The notes below the pieces were generated by a model that did no database searches, was not told the origin of the DNA, and saw only the letters and a list, made by a program, of their open reading frames with translations. Of a stretch of 63,501 nucleotides of DNA, positions 10,171 to 19,910 are shown piece after piece. Source of the stretch: Candidatus Micrarchaeota archaeon. GTDB taxonomy: Archaea; Micrarchaeota; Micrarchaeia; Micrarchaeales; CABMGC01. Each line of letters opens with the position of its first letter. Position 1 is the stretch's first letter. Location of the stretch: contig DAHVMJ010000004.1 of NCBI GenBank assembly GCA_027319905.1, forward strand, positions 1 through 63,501, given 5' to 3'. The position numbers and the translations under genes were made by a program.

Positions 10171-11015
10171 ACATGACGATGATCAAGGCACAAAAGGTCG
10201 AGTACGTAAAGAAACTGCAGAAGGAGATAGCGAGCTACAAGACCGCTGCGATAATGCCGATCGACGGAGTGCCGGACAGGCTTCTGCAGAAGGTCAGGAA
10301 CGAGCTCAAGCCGGATTCGCACATGATAATAGCCAGGAGATCGTTGCTTTCGAGGGCTGTCGGAGAGGAGAAGCTCAAGCACCTTGGCAAGAGCATGGAG
10401 AGGAACTTTGCGCTCGTGCTCTCGAACAAGGAACCGTTCGAGCTCTACAAGGTGGTACACTCCAGCAGGCTCAGGCTAGGGGCAAAGCCGAACCAGATAG
10501 CGCCGGAGGACATTCGCATAGAGGCGGGAGACACCAACGTTGCTCCAGGGCAGACGGTGACGGAGCTGAAGAGCGCAGGAGTAGACGTGCAGATACAGAA
10601 GGGCAAGGTTGTCATATCCAAGGGCAAGGTGCTTGTAGAGAAAGGCAAGAAGATAAGCGGCGCTGTTGCAAACGCGCTCAAGATACTAGACATAAAACCT
10701 TTCGAGATCTCGCCGAGGCTGAGCGCGGCGCTGTCGGAGAGCCTGCTCTACAGCGATGCGGCGCTCGGCGTAGATGAGGACTTCGTCAGAGACGAGCTGC
10801 TCAGGGATTTCTCCCAGGCATACGCGGTGAGCCTTGAGGCGGGCATAGTCACGCAGTACAATGCAAACGTGTTCGTAGTTCGTGCATACAGAAGCGCGAT
10901 TGCCCTCGGGCTTGAGGCCAAGGTGCCGGAGGACGAGATTGTAAAAATGCTTGTGGCGAACGCCGCAGTGCAGGCGGGCGAACTCGCCAGCAAGACTGGT
11001 GTTGATACTAAGTAG
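10167..11015 (+). CDS. rpl10: 50S ribosomal protein uL10 (P0)
   Basis: [18 protein letters not shown] motif; lies between rpl1 and rpl12. Confidence 0.93.
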   Translation: MNMTMIKAQKVEYVKKLQKEIASYKTAAIMPIDGVPDRLLQKVRNELKPDSHMIIARRSLLSRAVGEEKLKHLGKSMERNFALVLSNKEPFELYKVVHSSRLRLGAKPNQIAPEDIRIEAGDTNVAPGQTVTELKSAGVDVQIQKGKVVISKGKVLVEKGKKISGAVANALKILDIKPFEISPRLSAALSESLLYSDAALGVDEDFVRDELLRDFSQAYAVSLEAGIVTQYNANVFVVRAYRSAIALGLEAKVPEDEIVKMLVANAAVQAGELASKTGVDTK

Positions 11016-11023
11016 GTGAAAAA

Positions 11024-11329
11024 ATGGAGTACATATACGCTGCCCTATTGCTCGACGCAGCCGGAAAGGAAGTCACGGAAGACAGCATAAAGAGTGTTGT
11101 CAAGGCTGCGGGCAAGGAGCCCGATGAGGCAATGGCGAAGTCTGTGGTGAGCGCTCTGAAAGGAGTGAACATAAAGGACGTGATAAAGAACGCACAGACC
11201 ATGCAGGCGGCTGCACCAGCGGCAGCTGCGCCGGCGCAGGCTTCGAAAGCCAAGGAAGAGAAGAGCGAGGCAGAGGAGAAGAAGAGCGAAGAGGAGGCCG
11301 CAAGCGGACTCGCGAGTCTATTCGGCTGA
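11024..11329 (+). CDS. rpl12: 50S ribosomal stalk protein P1 (aL12)
   Basis: [10 protein letters not shown] start, Ala/Glu-rich hinge, GLASLFG end. Confidence 0.97.
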   Translation: MEYIYAALLLDAAGKEVTEDSIKSVVKAAGKEPDEAMAKSVVSALKGVNIKDVIKNAQTMQAAAPAAAAPAQASKAKEEKSEAEEKKSEEEAASGLASLFG

Positions 11330-11464
11330 AACAATGAGCTATGGTGCCAGCAGCTCAGCGCGTGACGCCTAGCGCACGCTGGGACTAAAACGTGACAGAT
11401 AGATGCTGCCCGGAAAAAAAGTATAAAAACATTTTCATGCACAACTGAGGTATAGCTGGTTTGG

Positions 11465-11839
11465 ATGGATGTTTACGTAGAGAAGGAGCACTGCACCGGT
11501 TGCCAGCACTGCAAGGATGTTTGCCCAGTAGCTGTTTTTGAGATGAAAGGGAGAGGCACGCCGGACAACCCAGGCGCCGAAGGGGCAAACGCTGATAGCG
11601 CGCCGCCAGAGCACCAGTGGAAGGGGCAGTCCAACCCAGAAAATGTCCAGAAGTGGAGCAGTGTACAAGACGGGCACAGGCACTTCGCCCAGGATAACAA
11701 CGGCACGAGCGGGGGTCTGTCAGTGGCTGTAAACGGCTCGGCCTGCATACTATGCCAGGCCTGCCTGATAGAGTGCGAGGGCGAGGACATAGTCATAACC
11801 GACGACAGCGGCAACGTCTACAGGTCGATATACAAGTAG
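11465..11839 (+). CDS. 2x[4Fe-4S] ferredoxin with a long inter-motif insertion
   Basis: CTGCQHCKDVCP and CILCQACLIEC motifs. Confidence 0.85.
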   Translation: MDVYVEKEHCTGCQHCKDVCPVAVFEMKGRGTPDNPGAEGANADSAPPEHQWKGQSNPENVQKWSSVQDGHRHFAQDNNGTSGGLSVAVNGSACILCQACLIECEGEDIVITDDSGNVYRSIYK

Positions 11840-11845
11840 CTCAGC

Positions 11846-12595
11846 CTAGTGAAAGGTTGCTGTAAGTGTGCCGGGACCCACGGCGTTGGCCGTGGCGGAT
11901 TGGGTGCTGCCCGAAAGCATGACGTTGGCACTTGCGGTCCATGAGTAGAATGTATTTGATGAAGGGGGAAGCGCGTATACGGAGTAGGTGGAGCCGAGAA
12001 CGAACACAACATTGGCGCCATTCGCATACTGCACTCCGTTAAGCGCTATGTGGCCGTTTGTCGGGCTGGTGAGCAGTTGCACCGTATAGACAAACGATTT
12101 GTAAGGCGAAACCACAGCCACAGCCGTGCCGCTTGTGTTGTACACCTGCGCGGTGCACTTCGAGGTGCAGATCTGATAGCTAAGTGTAAACTTGGGATTT
12201 ACCTGCGTGCCTGCAGAAATCGAGTAGCCTGGCAGCGTGGCGTTGCACGTAATTGAAGAGCCGACGAGGGCGTTTTGCGGGATGCACCTTCCCTTGTAGG
12301 TGGTGTTGGTGTAGAAAGATGGTACAAAGAGGAGTGAGTTGGGCGGGAAATAGAGGGTTGTACCGACGTTGTTCTGAAATATCAACATAAAGTTTGTGGC
12401 CGTGGAGTTGGTGAGCAAAAGTGCCTGGGAACAGGGGAATGAAGGCGAGATGTAACACGACTGGGGGAGGTACGTGGGAGTGCTTTTCGAAGGAAGAGAG
12501 ACCACAGAAAGTATCGCCACAACAAACAGGCCCAGTACGAGGAAAGCCCATGAATATGTGGTAAGGAACTCAACCGCAGATTGCGCCTTTGCCAT
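11846..12595 (-). CDS. Class III signal peptide (pilin-like) surface protein
   Basis: MAKAQSAVEFLTTYSWAFLVL N-terminus; Cys pairs and beta-rich body. Confidence 0.8.
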   Translation of the reverse strand: MAKAQSAVEFLTTYSWAFLVLGLFVVAILSVVSLPSKSTPTYLPQSCYISPSFPCSQALLLTNSTATNFMLIFQNNVGTTLYFPPNSLLFVPSFYTNTTYKGRCIPQNALVGSSITCNATLPGYSISAGTQVNPKFTLSYQICTSKCTAQVYNTSGTAVAVVSPYKSFVYTVQLLTSPTNGHIALNGVQYANGANVVFVLGSTYSVYALPPSSNTFYSWTASANVMLSGSTQSATANAVGPGTLTATFH

Positions 12596-12629
12596 GGCTA
12601 TACCTTTCATAAATAGGCTTATAGGTTTT

Positions 12630-13406
12630 TCAATTGACCAAGAGGTCCACCACGAGCTCGATCTCTGTGGCCGAGTAGGGTCTAACCATCCTGTGCCCAA
12701 GCACTCTCGCCTTCCTGCCCTTCCTAGAGAAGAAACCAGTTAGTCTCCTCATCGCCGAGCGCTGCTCGCCTTCCTTGCAGAAGGTATAGTAGTGTATTAC
12801 GCATCCGCGCGAGCACATTTCAAATGCAGATTCTAGGAACTTTGACGAGCCTTTGGGCAGAGGCATCACTATCCTATCTGCAAAACGCGAGTACTTCTTG
12901 GCGAAGGCGTCAACGTTTCCTTGCTCCAAAACGACGTTAGGAGTTTTGTTGAGCCTGGCGTTTTCTCTGGCGTACCTGCACGCTGCTGAGTTCAGCTCTA
13001 TCGCCACAACCGCACTCTTCTTGTGAGTCTTTGCTATCTCGATGGCATAAGGCCCCACGCCTGAAAACATCACGACCACGTGTTCGCCATCCTTCGCCAT
13101 CTCACTAACGCGCTTGCGCTCGTACGCCAGCCTGGTGGAGAAGAAGGTCTTGCGTATGTCAAACCTGAAGACGCAGCCGTTCTCTCTGTAGGTTGCAAGG
13201 TAGTTCCTCCTGCCTGCAACATACACGAATCTTCTCGTTCTGTAAAGGCCCTTGACCGCGCCTCCCTTCCTCAGCACCGTCTCTATGTTCTTGTTCTCCA
13301 GCAGCAATTTCTCTGCCAGCGCTTTCGCCGTGTTCGGGACCGCATCTATGACGACAATGTTCCCATACAGGTCGTATCCGCGCGCTGATCTGGCTGTAAC
13401 CTTCAT
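12630..13406 (-). CDS. Trm5/Taw2-family SAM-dependent tRNA-modifying enzyme
   Basis: RENGCVF, FFSTRLAYER, MFSGVGPY and ADRIVMPLP motifs. Confidence 0.85.
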   Translation of the reverse strand: MKVTARSARGYDLYGNIVVIDAVPNTAKALAEKLLLENKNIETVLRKGGAVKGLYRTRRFVYVAGRRNYLATYRENGCVFRFDIRKTFFSTRLAYERKRVSEMAKDGEHVVVMFSGVGPYAIEIAKTHKKSAVVAIELNSAACRYARENARLNKTPNVVLEQGNVDAFAKKYSRFADRIVMPLPKGSSKFLESAFEMCSRGCVIHYYTFCKEGEQRSAMRRLTGFFSRKGRKARVLGHRMVRPYSATEIELVVDLLVN

Positions 13407-13522
13407 ACCGACTCACTTCATGGGCAACCTATATAAATTGTTGGCTACTTAATACCATATAATTGCTCTCGAGCAAGCCTTTTTTCAAGATGTTGTAGGC
13501 TTTAGCAGAGCAGAGTGATGCA

Positions 13523-13969
13523 GTGTATTTCATAGTAAGAGTAACGTCGAGCCAGGAACGCATAACAGCAGACATACTCCAGAACAAGATAGAGAAGAGC
13601 ACCATACCCGTGTACGCGATAATACTAGCGGAGGGCATGCGCGGCTACCTCATACTTGAGGCGCAGGACGAGAACGCTGCGAGAGAACTGATACTCGACG
13701 AACCGCACGTTAAGGGCATACTGCCGAAGCCGCTGAGCGAAGACGACCTGAACCGCATGCTTGAGGTAAAGAAGGTCGTGCAGGAGATAAACACGAACGA
13801 CATAATCGAGTTCATGAGCGGCCCCTTCAAGGGATACAAGGCGAAGGTGATCAAGGTTGAGACGGCAAAGGAAGAGATAACCGTCGAGCTAATGGATGTT
13901 GCGGTACCTATACCGGTTACTACTAAAGCCAGCATCGCAAGAGTGGTGCAGAAGGCTGAGAAGGTGTAA
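13523..13969 (+). CDS. spt5: Transcription elongation factor Spt5 (NusG)
   Basis: NGN domain plus KOW GPFKG..AKV motif; precedes uL11. Confidence 0.95.
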   Translation: MYFIVRVTSSQERITADILQNKIEKSTIPVYAIILAEGMRGYLILEAQDENAARELILDEPHVKGILPKPLSEDDLNRMLEVKKVVQEINTNDIIEFMSGPFKGYKAKVIKVETAKEEITVELMDVAVPIPVTTKASIARVVQKAEKV

Positions 13970-13971
13970 GC

Positions 13972-14439
13972 ATGGCAGAAGTGACGATAAGCGGATTGAT
14001 AGAAGGCGGCAAGGCAACGAGCGGACCGCCGTTCGGACCTGCATTGGGCCCGCTGGGGGTCAATGTGGCAAAGATAATAGAAGATATAAACAAGCAGACC
14101 GGCGCGTATTCAGGAATAAAGGTCCCGGTAAAGATAATGATCGATCCTGCCACGAAGAACTACAGGGTGGAGGTGGGCTCGCCTCCGAGCAGTGCGTTGA
14201 TACTCAAAGAACTTGGCATACAGAAGGGAGCAAAGACCAAGGAAGAGACCGTGGGCAACGCCACCATAGAGCAGCTTAAGAAGGTGGCAAAGGCGAAGGA
14301 GAAGAGCCTGTACGGCGAATCGCTGAAGGAGAAGGTAATGCAGCTCGCTGGCACATGCAAGAGCATGGGCATAACGGTCGAGGGCATGCCCGCAAGAGAG
14401 GCAATAGCAAAGATCGGGAGCGGAGAACTCAAGGTCTGA
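13972..14439 (+). CDS. rpl11: 50S ribosomal protein uL11
   Basis: GGKATSGPPFGPALGPLG and GTCKSMGITVEG motifs. Confidence 0.97.
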   Translation: MAEVTISGLIEGGKATSGPPFGPALGPLGVNVAKIIEDINKQTGAYSGIKVPVKIMIDPATKNYRVEVGSPPSSALILKELGIQKGAKTKEETVGNATIEQLKKVAKAKEKSLYGESLKEKVMQLAGTCKSMGITVEGMPAREAIAKIGSGELKV

Positions 14440-14923
14440 TTCTGTCTCTGGCAATCTTCCATGAACCCTTGAACCACGGAGCTGCCTTATCTGAATTTGC
14501 TATCTGGTCGACTCTGCGTATTGAATAAAAACTGGCGTAATCGGCCTCGCTCGGATCCAGGGTTATCTTGTCGTCGCTCTTTGCGTAGAAGACAGCCACG
14601 ATTTCGTTCTCGGGGTAATCAAAATGGGTGAACTTGCCGAGATAGCGAACTGGTGCCGTCACTCCCGTCTCCTCCTCCAATTCGCGTTCTGCAGCCTGCT
14701 TATAGGTCTCCCCGAACGTCACGTGAAACGAGGCCGAGCATTCATAGCAGTTCGGAAATGTCTTCTTCTTCTCATTGCGCCACGGAACCAGAATCTTGCC
14801 GTCGCTCCTCACCAGAAACACCACGCCGGAACGGTGCAGGACGCCCTTCTCATGCGCGTTGTCCCTTTCAATGCTGCCCAGAATCCTATCTCTTTTATCA
14901 ACCTTGTACAATAGCTCCGTCAA
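14429..14923 (-). CDS. NUDIX hydrolase, IDI-like subfamily
   Basis: LHRS, GETYKQAAERELEEETG Nudix box, C-terminal PWF; overlaps the IPK stop. Confidence 0.85.
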   Translation of the reverse strand: MTELLYKVDKRDRILGSIERDNAHEKGVLHRSGVVFLVRSDGKILVPWRNEKKKTFPNCYECSASFHVTFGETYKQAAERELEEETGVTAPVRYLGKFTHFDYPENEIVAVFYAKSDDKITLDPSEADYASFYSIRRVDQIANSDKAAPWFKGSWKIARDRIRP

Positions 14924-15720
14924 GGCAACACTTTTGTACCGACAACCGCCTTGCCAAGCAGAAGGTTCTGCAGCACGCCTTTCTTGCTTCCGTTTATTAT
15001 GTAGCCAGTAGCTCTGCTCTTTTTCACGAGATTGAACAGAAGGAGCAGTTTGGTGTGCATACCTCCAGTAACATCCACTTTCTTTGAGCCCTTGGCGTAA
15101 GCAAGAAGCCGCCTTATGCTCCTTGCGTCCACTTTCTTAATCAGTACGGCGTCGCTGTATATCTTGGGATCTTTATCCAGCAGGCCGTCGACATCGGTAG
15201 CAAGCACTATTTTACGAGGATGGAGCTTCGATGATATGAATGTGAATACTTCCTCCGTTGACGCTATGCCGACTCCCTGCTCTTTATCCGTAACAACGTC
15301 TCCGTATACCACAGGAACAAACCCGTTTTCAAGTGCGAGTCTGAGAGGCCCGAGGTTCCACGACACTATCCTTCCCTTCTTTGCAATCGCGCTCCCCGAA
15401 GGAGGGAACGAAACCGCATTTATGCCCTGCTTCAGCATTCGCTGAACCACTATCCTGTTCAGATTGGCGGCGGCATCTTGGGTTATGCTCGCACCCAACC
15501 TACTGTCCTTGTTGATTATGCCTAGGTGGGTTTTGTACTTGTGCGCTGGCACGTGTGCGAATGACCCGCTGCCGTGACCCACGACCAGCGTGCTGTCCTT
15601 TGGAAGTTTTTTCAACTCTCCTATTATGCGATCGATCGCCTGCACGTTCGGTGAGTTCTGCTTTTCAGTATGCGTTATTATGCTTCCGCCAATTTTTACC
15701 AGAAAGAGGTTCTTCGGCAT
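14920..15720 (-). CDS. ipk: Isopentenyl phosphate kinase
   Basis: KIGGS, HGSGSFAH (IPK His), PVVYGDV, TDVDG and DVTGGM motifs. Confidence 0.9.
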   Translation of the reverse strand: MPKNLFLVKIGGSIITHTEKQNSPNVQAIDRIIGELKKLPKDSTLVVGHGSGSFAHVPAHKYKTHLGIINKDSRLGASITQDAAANLNRIVVQRMLKQGINAVSFPPSGSAIAKKGRIVSWNLGPLRLALENGFVPVVYGDVVTDKEQGVGIASTEEVFTFISSKLHPRKIVLATDVDGLLDKDPKIYSDAVLIKKVDARSIRRLLAYAKGSKKVDVTGGMHTKLLLLFNLVKKSRATGYIINGSKKGVLQNLLLGKAVVGTKVLP

Positions 15721-15730
15721 TGATATCAGG

Positions 15731-15940
15731 TCAAGCTTCCTCGTATCCCTTCCTTAGCCCGCGTCTCACTTCGTTGTATATCTTCCCGCTGGGCACGCCC
15801 TTCGCGCTCTCCCCGAGTTCTGGTTTCCCCATCCCCGCGATCCTGGCCAGGTCGGCAAGTGCGTGACCCATTTCCCGCCCTATCTCGCCTGCCGCCTTCA
15901 GATCCGCCTTGGTCATCCTAGGCATAGAAATCAATAGCAA
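15731..15940 (-). CDS. Hypothetical small protein
   Basis: Short ORF directly upstream of ipk with TTTAAATA box upstream. Confidence 0.4.
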   Translation of the reverse strand: MLLISMPRMTKADLKAAGEIGREMGHALADLARIAGMGKPELGESAKGVPSGKIYNEVRRGLRKGYEEA

Positions 15941-16048
15941 TTGTATTTCAGCCTATTTAAATATTTTTGTTTGGGTAGAACGTTCGTCGAAGAACAAAGT
16001 GCCAACAACGCTTATAAATGAAAACTGAGATACAAACCTTGTGTTTGT

Positions 16049-17098
16049 GTGTTAGACAAGGTAGTGACAGCGGTGGGCACACCGAACATAGCCCTTGTAA
16101 AGTACTGGGGAAAACGTGACGATGAGCTTACGCTACCAATCAACGGATCCGTCAGCATGACGCTCGGAAGGAGCAGAAAGGGCGAGTTTGCCACGGTAAC
16201 AAGCGTTGTCTTTTCGAAAAAGTTCAGGAAAGACACGATATACGTAGACGGGATAAAGAGAGATATAACGGACAAAAGAGTAAACGTGGTCGTGAACAAG
16301 CTTCGTGCCCTGGCCAAAACGAGCGCCAGAGTACTGATTGTGTCGAAAAACATGTTCCCTGCAGATGCGGGAGTGGCGTCGAGCGCTTCGGGGCTATCAA
16401 CTTTGACATTTGCAGCGGCGAAGGCTCTGGATCTTAATCTTTCAGACAAGGAGCTGTCCATGATCGCGAGGCTGGGAAGCGGCAGTGCGTCCAGAAGCAT
16501 GTACGGGGGCTTTGTGGTGTGGCACAGAGGCAAGAGAAAAGACGGCATGGACTCTTATGCTGAGCAGATCATGCCGTTCTCCCACTGGCCTGACATGGTG
16601 GACATAATTGCGTTGACCGATACCGGTAAGAAAGAGGTCTCGACCTCTGAAGCGATGGGAAGAAGCGCAAAGACGAGTAGGCTTTATGCGCACAGGGCCA
16701 AGAGCGCGGAGCGCAATGTGTCCGATATCACCAAGGCGATAAGGGACAAGGATTTTGAGACGCTTGGAAGGATAGCGATGCAGGACAGCAACAACATGCA
16801 CGCTGTGATGCTTGATACCATGCCTCCAGTAACGTACCTGAACGACGTCTCGAAGAGAATAATGAAGAGCATACACGCGCTTAACGAGAGAGAGGGGCAC
16901 GTGGTTGCAGCCTACACTTTCGATGCGGGGCCAAACGCGCACATAATAACCACAAAGAAAAAAGAGGAGACGGTGATGCGGGAGCTCTCAAAAATAAAGG
17001 GCATAGTGAGCGTTAACAGCCTCGGCATCGCGAAGAACGGCCCTGTGCTGGAGAGCTCGTCGCTTATAGACGGGAGAACGCTGGAAAAGAAGAGATAA
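16049..17098 (+). CDS. mvaD: (Di)phosphomevalonate decarboxylase, GHMP family
   Basis: NIALVKYWGK, GVASSASG, RLGSGSASRS, DSNNMHA and YTFDAGPN motifs. Confidence 0.92.
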   Translation: MLDKVVTAVGTPNIALVKYWGKRDDELTLPINGSVSMTLGRSRKGEFATVTSVVFSKKFRKDTIYVDGIKRDITDKRVNVVVNKLRALAKTSARVLIVSKNMFPADAGVASSASGLSTLTFAAAKALDLNLSDKELSMIARLGSGSASRSMYGGFVVWHRGKRKDGMDSYAEQIMPFSHWPDMVDIIALTDTGKKEVSTSEAMGRSAKTSRLYAHRAKSAERNVSDITKAIRDKDFETLGRIAMQDSNNMHAVMLDTMPPVTYLNDVSKRIMKSIHALNEREGHVVAAYTFDAGPNAHIITTKKKEETVMRELSKIKGIVSVNSLGIAKNGPVLESSSLIDGRTLEKKR

Positions 17099-17100
17099 GA

Positions 17101-17637
17101 TCAACTCTTGTAGTTGAGAATCACCTTATCTATGGCGATCCTCAGCCAGGGGGTAAAGCTTCCTGGGTTTTCCTGTATCTCCTTTTTGAGCTTCGGGAGG
17201 GAGACCCATCTGTAAGCCATAGCCTCCTCCTTGTTCAGGCTGGGCTCGCCATCGTATCTGCCGAATATGACGTGGTCATACTCGTGCTCAGTGAGCCCGT
17301 TACCGACGTCGGCTTTGTAGACGAACGAGAACGCCTCGTTCATCTCGCAGTCAAACCCCATCTCGTCCTTTAGCCTCCTGTGCGCAGCTTCCAGCACACC
17401 CTCTTTGGGATACGGATGGCTGCAGCACGCATTGGTCCACTTGCCAGGAGTGTGGTACTTACCCATCGCCCGCTGCTGCAGCATGGTTTCGCCCCTGCTG
17501 TTGAACACAAATACCGAGAAAGCGCGGTGCAACTTTGCGCCGTTCTGATGGGCCGCGAGCTTGTTCTCAAGGCCTATCTGCCTGTCGTTTTCGTCGACAA
17601 GTACTACCTGCTGCTCGTCGTTCTTGCTCATTGGCAT
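17101..17637 (-). CDS. idi: Isopentenyl-diphosphate delta-isomerase, type 1
   Basis: LHRAFS, WTNACCSHP, EHEYDH and FTPWL motifs. Confidence 0.95.
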   Translation of the reverse strand: MPMSKNDEQQVVLVDENDRQIGLENKLAAHQNGAKLHRAFSVFVFNSRGETMLQQRAMGKYHTPGKWTNACCSHPYPKEGVLEAAHRRLKDEMGFDCEMNEAFSFVYKADVGNGLTEHEYDHVIFGRYDGEPSLNKEEAMAYRWVSLPKLKKEIQENPGSFTPWLRIAIDKVILNYKS

Positions 17638-17835
17638 CAGACTTTTTCCCCCCCTGTACGCTTCCCTTTCTCAGCTCCAATATTTATAAATTTCGCATGG
17701 GTGCGTGACGGAAAAGGCGAAATTTCACGATTGACGAAGTTGGCACTATGCTTTAAATAGGGGTAAAATTACATACTGGTAAAGACACGGAAAGAACCTT
17801 GGGCATACGAGCTCTCTCTGCCCGAAGGAGATTGG

Positions 17836-18855
17836 ATGAACTTCAAAGAGTACATAGAGATTCACAGACCCAGCATCTATGCGAAGATCTGCGAGTACGT
17901 TCCCATGGCTGAGCCGAAGGCGCATCATCAGATAATGCGAGACTACATAGACAGGCAGGGCGCCTACAGGAGACCCGGCCTCGTGATGCTTACGGGCGAG
18001 CTCTTCGGTGCAAAACCAGAAGACCTTGTTGTTCCTGCGGCAGCAGAGCAGCTGTCAGAAGACTGGATACTTATGCAGGATGACGTCGAGGACGACTCTG
18101 AGCTGAGAAGGGGCAAGCCAGCGATACAGAGGATATACGGCTGGGTTCACTCGTTCAATGCAAGCAACACGGGCCAGATGGCGATGTGGCGCATGCTCAA
18201 GGACTACATGGTAAAGTACCCCGAGAAGGGCAACAGGCTCTTCGAGAAGTTCTACCACATGCTCGAGTACACGGTGGAGGGGCAGTACGTGGAGAACCAG
18301 TTCATACACCACACCAAGGACCTCAACCAGGCGTCTGAGGCGCTCTACTACAGGATACTTGACAGCAAGACCTGCTACTACACCGTCTACGGACCCATGC
18401 AGTTGGGAGCGATAGCGGCTGGCCAGAAGGGAGAGACGCTTGAGGTGCTGAAAGAGATAGGACAGCCGGCGGGCGTCGCCTTCCAGATTGTAGACGACAT
18501 ACTTGACATGACAGGCGACGAGAAGCTCTTTGGCAAAAAGAACTTCGGCGATCTCTACGAGGGCAAGCTCACGCTCATGGTACTGCACGCGTTCGAGAGC
18601 GCAACCCCTGAAGAGAAGGCGAAGATGAATGCCATATACGCGAAGAAGAGGCAGGACAAGACCAAGGAGGAGATAGATTTCCTGAGGGAGCTGATAGATA
18701 AGTACGACGGTCTTGGCTACGCGAGGAGAACCGCCGAGGTGTATGGCAACAAGGCCAAGGCCGCCGTTGAGAAACACAAGGACAAGTTTCCGTTGAATGG
18801 GTTCACGCCGCTGGTAATGTCGGCAATGGAAGAACTTTACATAAGGAAGAAATAA
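17836..18855 (+). CDS. Short-chain polyprenyl (probably geranylgeranyl) diphosphate synthase
   Basis: FARM QDDVEDDSELRRG with Trp at -5, GQ, KT, SARM FQIVDDILD and DLYEGK motifs. Confidence 0.9.
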   Translation: MNFKEYIEIHRPSIYAKICEYVPMAEPKAHHQIMRDYIDRQGAYRRPGLVMLTGELFGAKPEDLVVPAAAEQLSEDWILMQDDVEDDSELRRGKPAIQRIYGWVHSFNASNTGQMAMWRMLKDYMVKYPEKGNRLFEKFYHMLEYTVEGQYVENQFIHHTKDLNQASEALYYRILDSKTCYYTVYGPMQLGAIAAGQKGETLEVLKEIGQPAGVAFQIVDDILDMTGDEKLFGKKNFGDLYEGKLTLMVLHAFESATPEEKAKMNAIYAKKRQDKTKEEIDFLRELIDKYDGLGYARRTAEVYGNKAKAAVEKHKDKFPLNGFTPLVMSAMEELYIRKK

Positions 18856-18874
18856 GTTTCAAAGCGCGCGCGAT

Positions 18875-19090
18875 CTATAGGCCTTCTCCTATATCGGCTT
18901 CTACTCTGATGAGTTTGCGCTTTACGTTCGATAGGGCGCTGCGTATCTGCTTGATGCGACCCGGTTCGTTATAGTACAGTCTTGAAGATGCGGGCGTGTG
19001 GCCTCGCAATTCATCGCTAAGGTCAACTATATTGCGGGCCCTCTGGGTCGTGGGTTCCGCCTTCTCAATCGGCTCTGCAACAACGGACAT
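18875..19090 (-). CDS. Hypothetical small protein
   Basis: 71-aa ORF with upstream TTTAAATA box. Confidence 0.5.
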   Translation of the reverse strand: MSVVAEPIEKAEPTTQRARNIVDLSDELRGHTPASSRLYYNEPGRIKQIRSALSNVKRKLIRVEADIGEGL

Positions 19091-19160
19091 GATTTCACGG
19101 ACGTGATTAATTTTCAGCTTATTTAAAGGCGAGCTTTAGCTTCGCTGATGGTCGAAAAGT

Positions 19161-19274
19161 GCCAAACAGCAACGCGCTTTCCCGCACGAAGTGCAGTATT
19201 TCGCGTCGTGAGCGGTCTTAACTTCGAAGTTCGGAATGGGTTTCGGTGTTACCCCGCTCCTATGGCCGTTTGAC
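19161..19274 (-). rRNA. rrf: 5S rRNA (stand-alone)
   Basis: Reverse complement reads ACGGCCATAGGAGCGGGGTAACACCG..CCCATTCCGAAC..GAAGTTAAG..GGGAAA with terminal helix GTCAAACGGC/GCTGTTTGGC. Confidence 0.93.
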
Positions 19275-19304
19275 ATATCTATTGTGCCAAGAAGGTTAAA
19301 AATG

Positions 19305-19895
19305 CTATTGTTGCGGTTCTTCGGAGCTGTGTTTCGATTCTACCTTGTAAGTGCCGCGCTCTGTCTTTCTGAGTATCCCGTTCTTTCTCATCTCATCGAA
19401 AACCAGCCAGGTATGTCCTTCTGTAAGCTCCAGCCCGATTTCTAGTTCGCATAACAGGTCGTCTTCTGTGGCCTCTCCGGTTGCGTGCTTACTTGCCAGC
19501 GACTCTGCGATCCCGCGGCCTTTTTCCACCCAATAATCGGCATCAGGTCTCTGGTTCTCCATCCTCGCCCTGAACCCCGGCTCCGCTCTCATCAAGGCTT
19601 CGATACTTGGAAGCTCGATGACAAAGTCGTCCCTGGGAGCCGGCACCACGCGACGCCTGCGGCCATCAGGGCAGTCTATGTAGACCTGATCCTGCACTCC
19701 GGATTGGCCTCCTGATGCGCTTGACGACTGGTTTTTTTCCAAGTCTTTCAGCCGCGCGTGGGCCGCAGCCGCGGCCTCTGTTTCGTTTTTGTACGTACCT
19801 GGCAGCGGATACCATTCAGAAGAGAACGCGTCGTAGCCTTTCAGCACATATTCCTTCTTTTTGGCTTTTGTTCCGCTTATCTTTTTGCTCTCCAT
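19305..19895 (-). CDS. Hypothetical protein, possible C-terminal winged helix
   Basis: 196-aa ORF; C-terminal EMRKNGILRKTERGTYKV resembles a wHTH wing. Confidence 0.55.
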   Translation of the reverse strand: MESKKISGTKAKKKEYVLKGYDAFSSEWYPLPGTYKNETEAAAAAHARLKDLEKNQSSSASGGQSGVQDQVYIDCPDGRRRRVVPAPRDDFVIELPSIEALMRAEPGFRARMENQRPDADYWVEKGRGIAESLASKHATGEATEDDLLCELEIGLELTEGHTWLVFDEMRKNGILRKTERGTYKVESKHSSEEPQQ

Positions 19896-19910
19896 CTCAT
19901 TCGCCTCTTG

